Source: Candidatus Poribacteria bacterium (GTDB taxonomy: Bacteria > Poribacteria > WGA-4E > GCA-2687025). From it: a stretch of 64,000 nt of DNA. The notes under the pieces are model-generated. The model was not told the origin of the DNA. It saw nothing but the letters and a program-made list of their open reading frames with translations, and did not search any database. The translations under genes were made by a program, and so were the position numbers. Location of the stretch: assembly GCA_963665845.2 (NCBI GenBank), contig OY762492.1:1248001-1312000 (forward strand), given 5' to 3'. Each line of letters starts with the position of its first letter. Position 1 is the stretch's first letter. Shown piece after piece: positions 51,001 through 58,600 of the stretch.

Positions 51001-51277
51001 TCGGAAATTGGGTGAGCGGAATGCGCCGCGTCGTCTTGGAGAGAACGACCGCTGTCGGCTTGGAATCAGCGGGGAGGGCGAGCGCCGCCGCGGCGTAAGG
51101 TTTGCCGGGGACGGCGCCGTCAAAGGTGAACGAGCTGCCGCTTTCGCGCAGGTTGTTCAACGTGAATTCAACGTTCAGGCCATGGTCGTCGGCGCCGACG
51201 ACTCGAATGTCGGCATCGGCGAATGCGCCGCTTCCAAAGAGGAGAGCCGCAGCCGCCCAAGAAAAAAGAGAGCGCAT
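45086..51277 (-). CDS. large secreted peptidase C25 (gingipain/PorU-like) with C-terminal FlgD-Ig sorting-like domain
   Basis: Signal peptide; YLII, IYN.F, LL.GD, IGRLP, YAGHG (His), TTC (Cys), YTLFGDP; C-terminal NAPNPF...WDG.S.DG..L.NGVY.Y. Confidence 0.85.
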   Translation of the reverse strand: MRSLFSWAAAALLFGSGAFADADIRVVGADDHGLNVEFTLNNLRESGSSFTFDGAVPGKPYAAAALALPADSKPTAVVLSKTTRRIPLTQFPKAQNLPETYSPALVSVRAAGYFRDQYLGALQIRPAAVDGADLVVTERCSVRIEFGASVSTVPGRVREKMPRSETMQTSMDRLLLNNRQAERLRVGRARPRTAPASTQEDDSLRRVKILVVQTALHRISPNALRSAGVDPDSIDPHTFRLTRLGNEVSIDITDKNENGRFDDADRIYFFAERIPHNRYNLTNAYFLEWGGKQGSRTFLKNGKPKTLDAPQPRAFRAPRFFEDNVFHDNLEKQDNDQIDHYFWTGFTGVTRKTPVVYDFTDEANNISAQAVFRILLHGGQNSNDPHEFSIYIGQNRIGRLNWNGQKSRYGEFYFPQRFVAEKTGFTFTSNDDNGTEARANNYDILLDWYEIDYWRRMEYSRVEPKGAYISERLYPEPDPGPVLFRVEACPTPFPLVYRIGGDGSLETRFAQLDAQIDNADPRTYTVSFEDDLTKPAQFAVVRPEDVKTPFAILPAPRSGLRSPSIKGNYLIIAHPVFMNALDELKEHRENQGFHVVVANIEDIYNDFNHGRFSPFAIKTFLRTAYQSWEIPPEYALLVGDGHYNYKGDNSDYFMRQANPEIVDGYPNFIPTIHGWSDGGLEGGGETPMDHRFATIEGKDKIPDLHIGRLPIHTVSELRSVIQKIIAYETESGPNPEWRSRVIHISDNRTTHNGDHVFRTSREELIRERTPPGYDVNKIYLRDKAPSNGKWDPPEEETLPSSREANDRIVKAVSEGALLLEYAGHGGRSVWADEDILRTEDILRMRNGARQPLVIATTCLISAFDSPEQIGQRSMGEEFLLRSGAGASAVIGATRKTYANCNIDFDNIFFPILFHHPSNRIGELLTTAKIEAVLFAENERSTYCIPGLMQYTLFGDPAAPLRRPDFNVEVKVKPEAVDPRQQLRVLQGSVLNMAVDPPMKVADFDGQMRIALDFPNNLDPYPHNDSPVVEHTVPVIGGEFLDSPQLTIPADLSTWGEASARVFAESHDGKQTAVGGAWFSIGQARILSVSAERIEDMLYISAEAVHPEGPDGVAKVTAHWKNTDDHVWKETPMPRKEGGLFESVEGIPLPRFGRSILYYVRFEDAGGRPEVVSETQRFRMPEGPNLAVRQIGSTDIPELSYGFDEETQRWVFRTTVVNLGDHRPEIPFEVLIIRGSADADGNGVLDADPPPEILAQAVVHPDQWLPGDPALDEWEQAPVVLPLEKPLSPGSHDITVWVDPERPDDPADTALGKIYELRETDNVTFKPFEVSDFYIGEDDATAYSLDRTFHIDVPKEAAPSPTTLSISLLPPMEGDLSDGEDAPYGRVQYQRIRNNDKTAFEVKLTSGDTAFKAPATLRIGFNYQALKDDVARDLDLPFNPFQWTSPEIESHKEAVKEALSLVSVYQWDEELAAWRRFPSTLDRGEDGEPIESVHITPPLYNNLESSNLRFHGDIEVDSTIGPIGKWAVMFVSHQKYRVLFNEGGDHAYIELPVPGRLDAPYQDETVYLRRMLVRNIDPEGPSSAVSKPAQPGDVLTFETVSENGIVQAKNMRYSNAGDGSVTLQLRANVTVNNALYGDWFVFFKSDSLYEIRDGNGDQILNSSGRAIQGSVNGVEINVGSIGLKFQALEGNRPFAFGDLARARIGRVMTIRAETDTAGIFTLMRDKDLNPPAVQIFVDNETPADGSVIEPQPEVAFLITDPNGIDPHAIQLRHKAPGAADFETVSPDQYSLDRSQIVQMSLRMKPALYVGEHAFQLRAVDLTGMEEPGAEFNFKVERPPDFDPPTIALHSEQGAVSPNHIFTKTPETLTLQIDDNHILSMRTLQLTVARKGEEGETPEPLAYEFQRPDPKTARISWSADLPNGEYEIHASFQDVTENEGYLSGSPEAPFRFSVEEPTRLIGQVLNAPNPFSPIDPVTRGTFFTYALTQPAESVTVRVYTSAGRLVKTIDDAPAERGKNEYRWDGRSDDGETLSNGVYFYKFRMESWHFDQKEAQERLGKLVILR

Positions 51278-51425
51278 AAAGCGTCCTTTGCTTGCGTAAG
51301 GTTGACGCTATGATGATACTTGATTTTGATCGCTCAATCAAGTTCCCGCTTCCGTTGATGTCCTCCAGCGCGCGCGTTATACTAACCGCGTCCAGCGCCC
51401 CTATGACGAGCGAAAGCATTCAACC

Positions 51426-52670
51426 ATGACGAACGCCAACTTTGCCAGTCGAACCATGTGGACAGGCGACAACCTGAACATCATGCGCGGCATGAACTCC
51501 GCCTGCGTCGACCTGATCTACCTTGATCCGCCCTTCAACAGCAAACGCGACTACGCCGCGCCGATCGGATCAAAGGCGGCGGGCGCCGAGTTCAAAGACA
51601 CATGGTCGCTGGAGGATGTGGACGTCGAATGGATCAACCTGATGGAATCGAGTTATCCGGCGATGCATCGGGTCTTGCTCGCCGCGATGACCGACTCGGA
51701 CAAAAGTTACCTCGCTTACATGGCAATACGGCTGCTGGAAATGAAGCGGATCTTGAAGCCGACAGGTTCTATCTACCTGCACTGCGACCCGACGATGAGC
51801 CACTATCTGAAGCTGCTGATGGACTCCATCTTTGGACGGAAGAATTTTAGAAATGAGATCGTCTGGTTTTACCCTGACTCTCCTGGACGAAGCACAAAAT
51901 ACTTTCCCAAAAAGCATGACATCATCATCTGCTACGGCAACGGAGGGGAGACGGTCTTCAACGGCGGCGATGTGCGAATTCCGCTGAAAGCCGCCTCGAT
52001 TCGCCGATACCAATCGCCGCGCACAATCGGCGGGAAAACATACCTCGGCGGCGAGGGAGCGAGTAAAGGCAAAATCCCTGAAGATGTATGGCAAATACCC
52101 GTTGTTAAAAAACACCGCGGATCCAAAGAGGCTACAGGCTATCCGACGCAGAAGCCTCTCGCGTTACTGAACCGCATCGTTAAGGCGTCGTCCAATGAGG
52201 GCGATCTTGTTCTGGATCCGTTTTGCGGCTGCGCGACGACTTTAGTCGCTGCCGAGGACCTGGGGCGCAACTGGACGGGTATCGATATCAGCCCAAAGGC
52301 ATCCGAGCTGGTCGTGTCGCGCATCGAAGAGCGGCAGGGGTTGTTTAAAGACATCGTCCACCGCAGCGACATTCCGAAACGCACTGACCTAGGCAAGCTT
52401 CCCCGACCCGCGACTCACAAGAAAACTCTATACGGCGAGCAGTCGGGCGACTGCGCAGGATGCGACGTCCATTTTGAAGCGCGCCATCTTGAAGTGGATC
52501 ATATCATCGCCAAGTCAAAGGGCGGAACCGACCATATCGACAACCTCCAACTGCTATGCGGCGACTGCAACCGAAAGAAAGGCAGTCGGGGCATGGAGTA
52601 TCTGCGCACTAGACTTCGACTTGGGATTCAGATGCAGGAGGGCAAGAGCGCGCGGGGGCGCGCCCGCTAA
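51426..52670 (+). CDS. N6/N4 DNA methyltransferase (beta class) fused to C-terminal HNH endonuclease
   Basis: GDNL, IYLDPPF, YPTQKP and LDPFCGCATT; C-terminal CAGC...DHII.KSKGG....NLQLLC..CN. Confidence 0.92.
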   Translation: MTNANFASRTMWTGDNLNIMRGMNSACVDLIYLDPPFNSKRDYAAPIGSKAAGAEFKDTWSLEDVDVEWINLMESSYPAMHRVLLAAMTDSDKSYLAYMAIRLLEMKRILKPTGSIYLHCDPTMSHYLKLLMDSIFGRKNFRNEIVWFYPDSPGRSTKYFPKKHDIIICYGNGGETVFNGGDVRIPLKAASIRRYQSPRTIGGKTYLGGEGASKGKIPEDVWQIPVVKKHRGSKEATGYPTQKPLALLNRIVKASSNEGDLVLDPFCGCATTLVAAEDLGRNWTGIDISPKASELVVSRIEERQGLFKDIVHRSDIPKRTDLGKLPRPATHKKTLYGEQSGDCAGCDVHFEARHLEVDHIIAKSKGGTDHIDNLQLLCGDCNRKKGSRGMEYLRTRLRLGIQMQEGKSARGRAR

Positions 52671-52693
52671 GCAGGACTAAAACCCCCGCGCCC

Positions 52694-52722
52694 TTGCCCC
52701 GTTCGCCATATCGCGCCATAAT
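52694..52722 (+). promoter_or_regulatory. sigma70 promoter for antitoxin copy 1
   Basis: TTGCCC-17 nt-CATAAT. Confidence 0.65.
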
Positions 52723-52780
52723 ATCCCCAGAGCCGCCTTTCAAATGCAGGGCATCATTGTGAGCAGAAGAGAGTATCTAT

Positions 52781-53299
52781 ATGAAAACGACCGACTATGA
52801 CGCCGAGGCGTATCTTCAGCGCGGCAACGCTTACCGCGCCAAAGGCGAGATCGACAAGGCGATTGCGGACTACACCTGCTTGCTAGAGATGCGTCCGAAG
52901 GTCGCGCGCCACTTTTACATTCGCGGGGAGACGCGTCTGCTGGCGCAAGACTGGGACGGCGCGCGGGACGACTTGTCCGCGTCGCTCCTTCAAGGCGTGG
53001 ATGTTGCCGCCGAGTTTCAAGCGAGCTTCGGAACCGCCCCCGCCTTTGAAGAGAAGACAGGCGTTCGTTTGCCGACAGAGATTGCGGAGCTGCTGCGGCC
53101 GCGGGAGGGCGTTCCGTTTGAGATGGACAAGGAGGCGCGCGTCGCCTTGGCGATGCGTTATTACGCGAGCGGCGAGCTGAGCAGCGGTCTTGCCGCGAAG
53201 CTTGCCGGCGTGATGCGCGAGGAGTTTTGGCGCCGCATGGGCGATTACGGGCTTTCTATCTTTAGTTTCGGCGATGTCAAAGTCGATAAAGGGCTTTGA
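52781..53299 (+). CDS. short TPR-UPF0175 (COG2886) antitoxin-like fusion, copy 1
   Basis: One TPR plus a capping repeat, then LA..YY....LS.G.AA.LAG..R.EF...MG.YG HTH. Confidence 0.8.
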   Translation: MKTTDYDAEAYLQRGNAYRAKGEIDKAIADYTCLLEMRPKVARHFYIRGETRLLAQDWDGARDDLSASLLQGVDVAAEFQASFGTAPAFEEKTGVRLPTEIAELLRPREGVPFEMDKEARVALAMRYYASGELSSGLAAKLAGVMREEFWRRMGDYGLSIFSFGDVKVDKGL

Positions 53300-53791
53300 A
53301 TGTCGATAGGTCCTATCGTCAGCGACAACAGTCCGCTTGTTGGGCTGTTGGAAATCAATCTGCTTTCTCTTCTTCGGGATCTTTATACAGAGGTTCTGAT
53401 CCCTAGAGCCGTTGAAAGCGAGTTTCTTCAATGGTCTCCAATTGCCCGCCGCGAGGCGCTTGACAACGCCCCATGGATCCGAGTCGTTGATTTACAGGAT
53501 CCGCAAAAAATATCGGACTATGGGAACCTTGGTCTAGGAGAAGCCGAGGCATTGGCTCTTGCCGACGAAAATAAGGCGCGTCTTGTTCTTATTGATGAGG
53601 AGGAAGGACGGAAGATAGCCGAAGAGCGCGGGTTTGCCGTCAAGGGGACAGTCGGCATTTTGCTGGAGGCAAAAGAGAAGCGTTTGATCGACAAGGTTGA
53701 ACCGCATTTGATCGCATTGAAAAAGAGCGGGATGCATATAAGCGACTCGCTCATCCGTCTAGCTCTGGAGATGGCAAGCGAGGCGGACTAA
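53300..53791 (+). CDS. DUF3368 (COG2405) PIN-domain toxin-like protein, copy 1
   Basis: VSDNSPL, IP.AV..E, LG.GEAEA, LIDE..GR and GT.GIL..AK motifs. Confidence 0.88.
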   Translation: MSIGPIVSDNSPLVGLLEINLLSLLRDLYTEVLIPRAVESEFLQWSPIARREALDNAPWIRVVDLQDPQKISDYGNLGLGEAEALALADENKARLVLIDEEEGRKIAEERGFAVKGTVGILLEAKEKRLIDKVEPHLIALKKSGMHISDSLIRLALEMASEAD

Positions 53792-53811
53792 CGAACGAGG
53801 CGCCTTCTTTC

Positions 53812-53840
53812 TTGCGCAGCCTGTCGGGGCGTGTCATGAT
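53812..53840 (+). promoter_or_regulatory. sigma70-like promoter for antitoxin copy 2
   Basis: TTGCGC-17 nt-CATGAT in the conserved post-toxin spacer. Confidence 0.55.
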
Positions 53841-53876
53841 GCCGGGCATATTATGAGCGCGTCGAGGAGAGAGACC

Positions 53877-54389
53877 ATGAGCAAACCGCTAAACGACGCC
53901 GAGGCGTATCTTCAGCGCGGCAACGCTCACCGCGCTAAAGGCGAGATCGACAAGGCGATTGCGGACTACACCTGCTTGCTAGAGATGCGTCCGAAGATCG
54001 CGCGCCACTTTTACATTCGCGGCGAGACGCGCCTGCTGGCGCAAGATTGGGACGGCGCGCGGGATGACCTGTCCGCGTCGCTCCTTCAAGGTATGGATGT
54101 TGCCGCCGAGTTTCAGGCGAGCTTCGGAACCGCCGCCGCCTTTGAAGAGAAAACAGGCGTTCGTCTGCCAACAGAGATTGTGGAGCTGTTGAGACCGCGG
54201 GAGGGCGTTCCGTTTGAGATGGACAAGGAGGCGCGCGTCGCCCTGGCGATGCGTTATTACGCAAACGATGAGCTCGGCAGCGGTCTTGCCGCCCGACTTG
54301 CCGGCGTGTCGCGCGTGGAGTTTTGGGATCTCATGGGCGATTACGGCCTTTATCTCATCACCGTCACCGACGACGACGACGGGCTTTAA
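53877..54389 (+). CDS. short TPR-UPF0175 antitoxin-like fusion, copy 2
   Basis: Near-identical to copy 1; GAGGAG RBS before MSKPLND. Confidence 0.8.
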   Translation: MSKPLNDAEAYLQRGNAHRAKGEIDKAIADYTCLLEMRPKIARHFYIRGETRLLAQDWDGARDDLSASLLQGMDVAAEFQASFGTAAAFEEKTGVRLPTEIVELLRPREGVPFEMDKEARVALAMRYYANDELGSGLAARLAGVSRVEFWDLMGDYGLYLITVTDDDDGL

Positions 54390-54881
54390 ATGTCAGTAGC
54401 TCCCGTCGTCAGCGACACGAGTCCGCTTATTTCGCTGTTGAAGATCGAAAAGCTTTTTCTTCTTCGGGATCTTTATACCGAAATTTTGATCCCTAGAGAA
54501 GTTGAAAACGAGTTTCTTGAAAAGTTTCCAGCAGCCTCCCGCGAGGCGCTTGACAACGCGCCATGGATCCGAGTCGTTGATTTACAGAACCCGCAAAAAA
54601 TAGCGGACTATGCGAGAATTAATCTAGGAGAAGCCGCAGCGTTGGTTCTTGTCGAGGAGAAAAAGGCACGTCTCATTCTTATGGACGATATGAAAGGACG
54701 GAAGGAAGCCAAAGCGCGCGGATTTGTCGTCAAGGGAACGGCAGGCGTTTTGCTGGAGGCAAAGGAAAAAGATTTGATCAACAAGGTGAAACCGCATTTA
54801 ATGGCAATGAAAAAGAGCGGGACATATCTAAGCGACTCGATCATCCGCGCAGCTCTGGAAAAGGCAGGCGAGACAGATTAA
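54390..54881 (+). CDS. DUF3368 PIN-domain toxin-like protein, copy 2
   Basis: VSDTSPL, V..E, GEAAA, MDD..GR and GT.GVL..AK motifs. Confidence 0.88.
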   Translation: MSVAPVVSDTSPLISLLKIEKLFLLRDLYTEILIPREVENEFLEKFPAASREALDNAPWIRVVDLQNPQKIADYARINLGEAAALVLVEEKKARLILMDDMKGRKEAKARGFVVKGTAGVLLEAKEKDLINKVKPHLMAMKKSGTYLSDSIIRAALEKAGETD

Positions 54882-54901
54882 CGAACAAGACGTATTCTTT
54901 C

Positions 54902-54930
54902 TTGCGCCCGCTCCGCTGCGTTGACATAAT
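54902..54930 (+). promoter_or_regulatory. sigma70 promoter for antitoxin copy 3
   Basis: TTGCGC-17 nt-CATAAT. Confidence 0.62.
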
Positions 54931-54990
54931 CCGCCTGACGCGTTACCGTAGAATCAACCTTTTTGAAAAATTGAAGCGTGGAGAAAGTCC

Positions 54991-55503
54991 ATGGGCAAAC
55001 CGCTAAACGACGCCGAGGCGTATCTTCAGCGCGGCAACGCTTACCGCGCTAAAGGTGAAATCGACAAGGCGATTGCGGACTACACCTGCTTGCTAGAGAT
55101 GCGTCCGAAGGTCGCGCATCACTTTTACATCCGCGGCGAGGCGCGCCTGCTGGCGCAAGACTGGGACGGCGCGCGGGACGACCTGTCCGCGTCGCTCCTT
55201 CAAGGCGTGGATGTTGCCGCCGAGTTTCAGGCAACCTTCGGAACCGCCGCCGCCTTTGAAGAGAAAACAGGCGTCCATTTGCCGGCAGAGATTGCGGAGC
55301 TGCTGCGCCCGCGGGAGGGCGTCCCGTTTGAGATGGACAAGGACGCGCGCGTCGCCCTGGCGATGCGCTATTACGCGAATGATGAGCTGAGCAGCGGTCT
55401 TGCCGCCCGACTTGCCGGCGTGTCGCGCGTGGATTTTTGGTATCTCATGGGCGATTACGGCCTTTATCTCATCACCGTCACCGACGACGATGACGGGCTT
55501 TGA
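54991..55503 (+). CDS. short TPR-UPF0175 antitoxin-like fusion, copy 3 (orphan)
   Basis: Near-identical to copy 2; followed only by ATG TCA TAA. Confidence 0.8.
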   Translation: MGKPLNDAEAYLQRGNAYRAKGEIDKAIADYTCLLEMRPKVAHHFYIRGEARLLAQDWDGARDDLSASLLQGVDVAAEFQATFGTAAAFEEKTGVHLPAEIAELLRPREGVPFEMDKDARVALAMRYYANDELSSGLAARLAGVSRVDFWYLMGDYGLYLITVTDDDDGL

Positions 55504-55519
55504 ATGTCATAACCATGTC

Positions 55520-55595
55520 GTCATTCCCGCGTAAGCGGGAATCTAGAGTCCTGCGCAGGGCTAAAACCCCCCTGCCCCCCTTACAAAGGGGGAAT
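55520..55595. repeat. dRS3-like hairpin plus CCCCCTT..AAGGGGG palindrome
   Basis: gtcattcccgcgtaagcgggaatc; aaaacccccctgccccccttacaaagggggaat. Confidence 0.85.
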
Positions 55596-55613
55596 CTAGA
55601 AAACCCTGCGCTC

Positions 55614-55642
55614 TTGCGCCGCCCGCCGTATCGCGCCATAAT
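55614..55642 (+). promoter_or_regulatory. sigma70 promoter for the type IIG-like RM gene
   Basis: TTGCGC-17 nt-CATAAT. Confidence 0.62.
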
Positions 55643-55664
55643 GGGCGTCAGAAAAGGGCGGCAT

Positions 55665-58600
55665 ATGAAAATGATGGGCGGCAAGATGAGTCTCCGAGAC
55701 GAGATCAAGCGGGCATTGGGCGCCTTCAGCGGCGGAAAACTGTCCGACAACGCGGCAAACCTGTTCAAGACGCTCGGCTATGAGAGCCAGAGGACGCTCA
55801 ACCGCCCCGACAACTCCCCCGACGCGCTCCTGAAAGATTTTGACACGGAGGAATGCTTTGACCGCGAGAAGGCGCGCCTAAACGAATGGGAAACGGCGGA
55901 CTTCCTGTTTCAACTGACCGCCCACGAACTCTCCCTCCCGACAACGGACCCCCAGCCCGCCGCCGAAAATCGCCTTGACCGCAGCGTCTACAAATCGTAT
56001 CTGTTCTTTGCGGTTCGGCTAAAGGGCGACGAGTATCCGCGCGGCGCGCTCGCCCGAATGACGCGCGAAATCAACCGCCTCTTTTCGATGCCCTCGTTCG
56101 TTCTCTTTCAGCATGGGCGGACGCTCACCTTCTCCGTCATAGACCGCCGCCCGAATAAGATTCAGCCGGAGCGGGACGTCCTCGAAAAAGTGACGCTCAT
56201 CAAAGACATTGACGTCCAACAGCCGCACCGCGCGCATCTCGACATACTCGCCGACCTGTCGCTGGACATCCTCTCATCAACGCAGACGTTCGAGAACATC
56301 ATGCAGTTCCATGAGGCATGGCGAAAAACGCTGGACGCCTCCGAACTGAACAAACGCTTCTTCAAGGAGATCGCCGACTGGCACTTCTGGGCGGTCAAGA
56401 CGGCAGCCTTCCCCGAAGACGGCGATCCCGACGACTCGCAGCGGCGCAGCGCCAACGGCGTCATCCGCCTCATCACGCGGCTCATCTTCGTCTGGTTCCT
56501 GAAAGAAAAGCAGCTCGTTCCAGAGGAGCTGTTCGACAAGGAGGAGGCGGGGCGGCTGCTCAACAGCCTCGAAGACGAGGAGAGTTCCTACTACAAAGCG
56601 ATCCTGCAAAACCTGTTTTTTGCGACGCTGAACCAAGAGATGAACCAGCCCGGTAAAAAGAAAAAGCGGGACTTCCGCAACGACGGGCAGCATTACAACA
56701 TCACGCATCTTTACCGCTATCGGCGCCTCTTCAGCGACCCGCAGGCGGCTCTCAAACTCTTTGAGTCGATCCCGTTTCTGAACGGCGGCTTGTTTGAATG
56801 TCTAGACAAGCCCGACCCTGAAAACCCCAAGAAGGTCCTGCGCGTTGACGGCTTCTCGGACAGATCGGACAACCAGATCGATGTCCCAAACGAGCTGTTT
56901 TTCGCCGAGAAAAAGTCGGTCGATCTGAACGAAGCATACGGAACCGAAAACAAGCTCTATTCGGCGCGGGGCGTCCTGCGCATCCTGGAACGGTATAAAT
57001 TCACCGTCGCGGAAAACACGCCGATAGAGGAGGAAGTCGCGCTAGACCCCGAACTGCTAGGGCGCGTCTTTGAAAACCTGTTTGCCGCCTACAACACGGA
57101 AACCGCCGCCGCCGCCCGCAAAGAGCAAGGCTCCTTCTACACGCCGCGCGGCATGGTGAACTATATGGTTGACGAGTCGCTCGTTGCCTACCTCAAAAAC
57201 AGCGTCAACGACGAAGAGCGGCTGCGCAAACTGACCGCCTACAACGACGAACCGCATGGCTTCGCCGACGATGAAACGGAACGGCTCATCGAAGCCATTG
57301 ACCGCCTCAAAATCATCGACCCGGCATGCGGGTCGGGCGCGTTTCCGATGGGCATTCTGCATAAGCTGGTCCACATGCTCGGCAAACTGGACCCGCTCAA
57401 CGAACAATGGAAACAGCGGCAGATCGCGCGAGTCGACAACGCGATTAAAGAGGTTGAACAGATCGACGTCTACCAATCCCGCGACCATGTTGACGGAGCT
57501 ATAAAAGAACTGGAACAGGAAAAGGCGGACATCGAAGAGGCGTTTGCGCGAAACGAACTCGATTATCCGCGAAAACTGTTCCTCATCAATAAGTGCATAC
57601 ACGGCGCGGACATCCAGCCCATCGCCGCGCAGATTGCCAAACTGCGTTTCTTCATCTCGCTCATCATCGACCAAAAAACGGACGACAAACGAGAGAATCG
57701 AGGCGTCCGGCCGCTGCCGAACCTAGAAACAAGGTTTGTCGCCGCGAATACGCTGATTGATCTGGAGCGTCCGGAGGGGCTGCACTTCTCCGACATAGAG
57801 CGAAAAAAGAAGGACCTGAAGGCGATACGGGATAAGCATTTCACTGTCAGAGATCCGCGAACGAAGGAGAAGTACCGCAAGAAGGACGAGGAACTGCGCA
57901 AGCAAATCAGCGAACTGATCCTCAAGAAAATTGGCGCGGCGCGGGAATTCTCAAGAGAGACCGCCGAAATGATGGCGAACTGGGACCCATACGACCAAAA
58001 CGCTGTCGCCGACTTCTTCAACGCCGAATGGATGTTTGGCGTGGAGCAGTTCGACATCGTTATCGGAAACCCGCCCTATGTGCGCCAAGAGAAGATTGAT
58101 AAGAAACTGAAGGCGCTCCTCAAAGATAAAAAACGGTATACCGCTTTCACGGGCAAATCCGACCTGTATATCAGCTTTTATGAGCGCGGGTTCCAGCTGC
58201 TCAAAGAGCGCGGCGTCCATACCTTTATCTGCTCAAACAGCTGGCTCGACGTCCAATACGGCGCGCCGCTGCAGGAATACCTGTTGACGAACGCGGCGGA
58301 AGGCGTCGTCTGCCACAGCGAAGCGGAACGCGCCTTTGAAACGGCAGACGTCAACACCATCGTCAGCCTCTTCCGCAAAGGAAAGCCCGATGAGCTGGCG
58401 CAGATGCGCTTCATAACGTTCAAAGGGGCGGTCGGAGACGCGGAGCAGGAGGAACCCCAAGAACGCGCCCCCTCATACGAACAGCTGTTACAGGAAGGGA
58501 CGCGCAACGGAAAATACGCCGGCGGCAAATGGGGCGGACGGTATCTGCGCGCGCCCGACATCTACTGGACAATCCTGAAAAAAGGCGAAGGCAAACTGAA

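Noticed and set aside
55500-55664. N-terminal extension of the RM ORF (SSFPRKRES...PLPPLQRG)
   Set aside because: It is a translation of intergenic palindromes and lies upstream of, or across, the predicted promoter.
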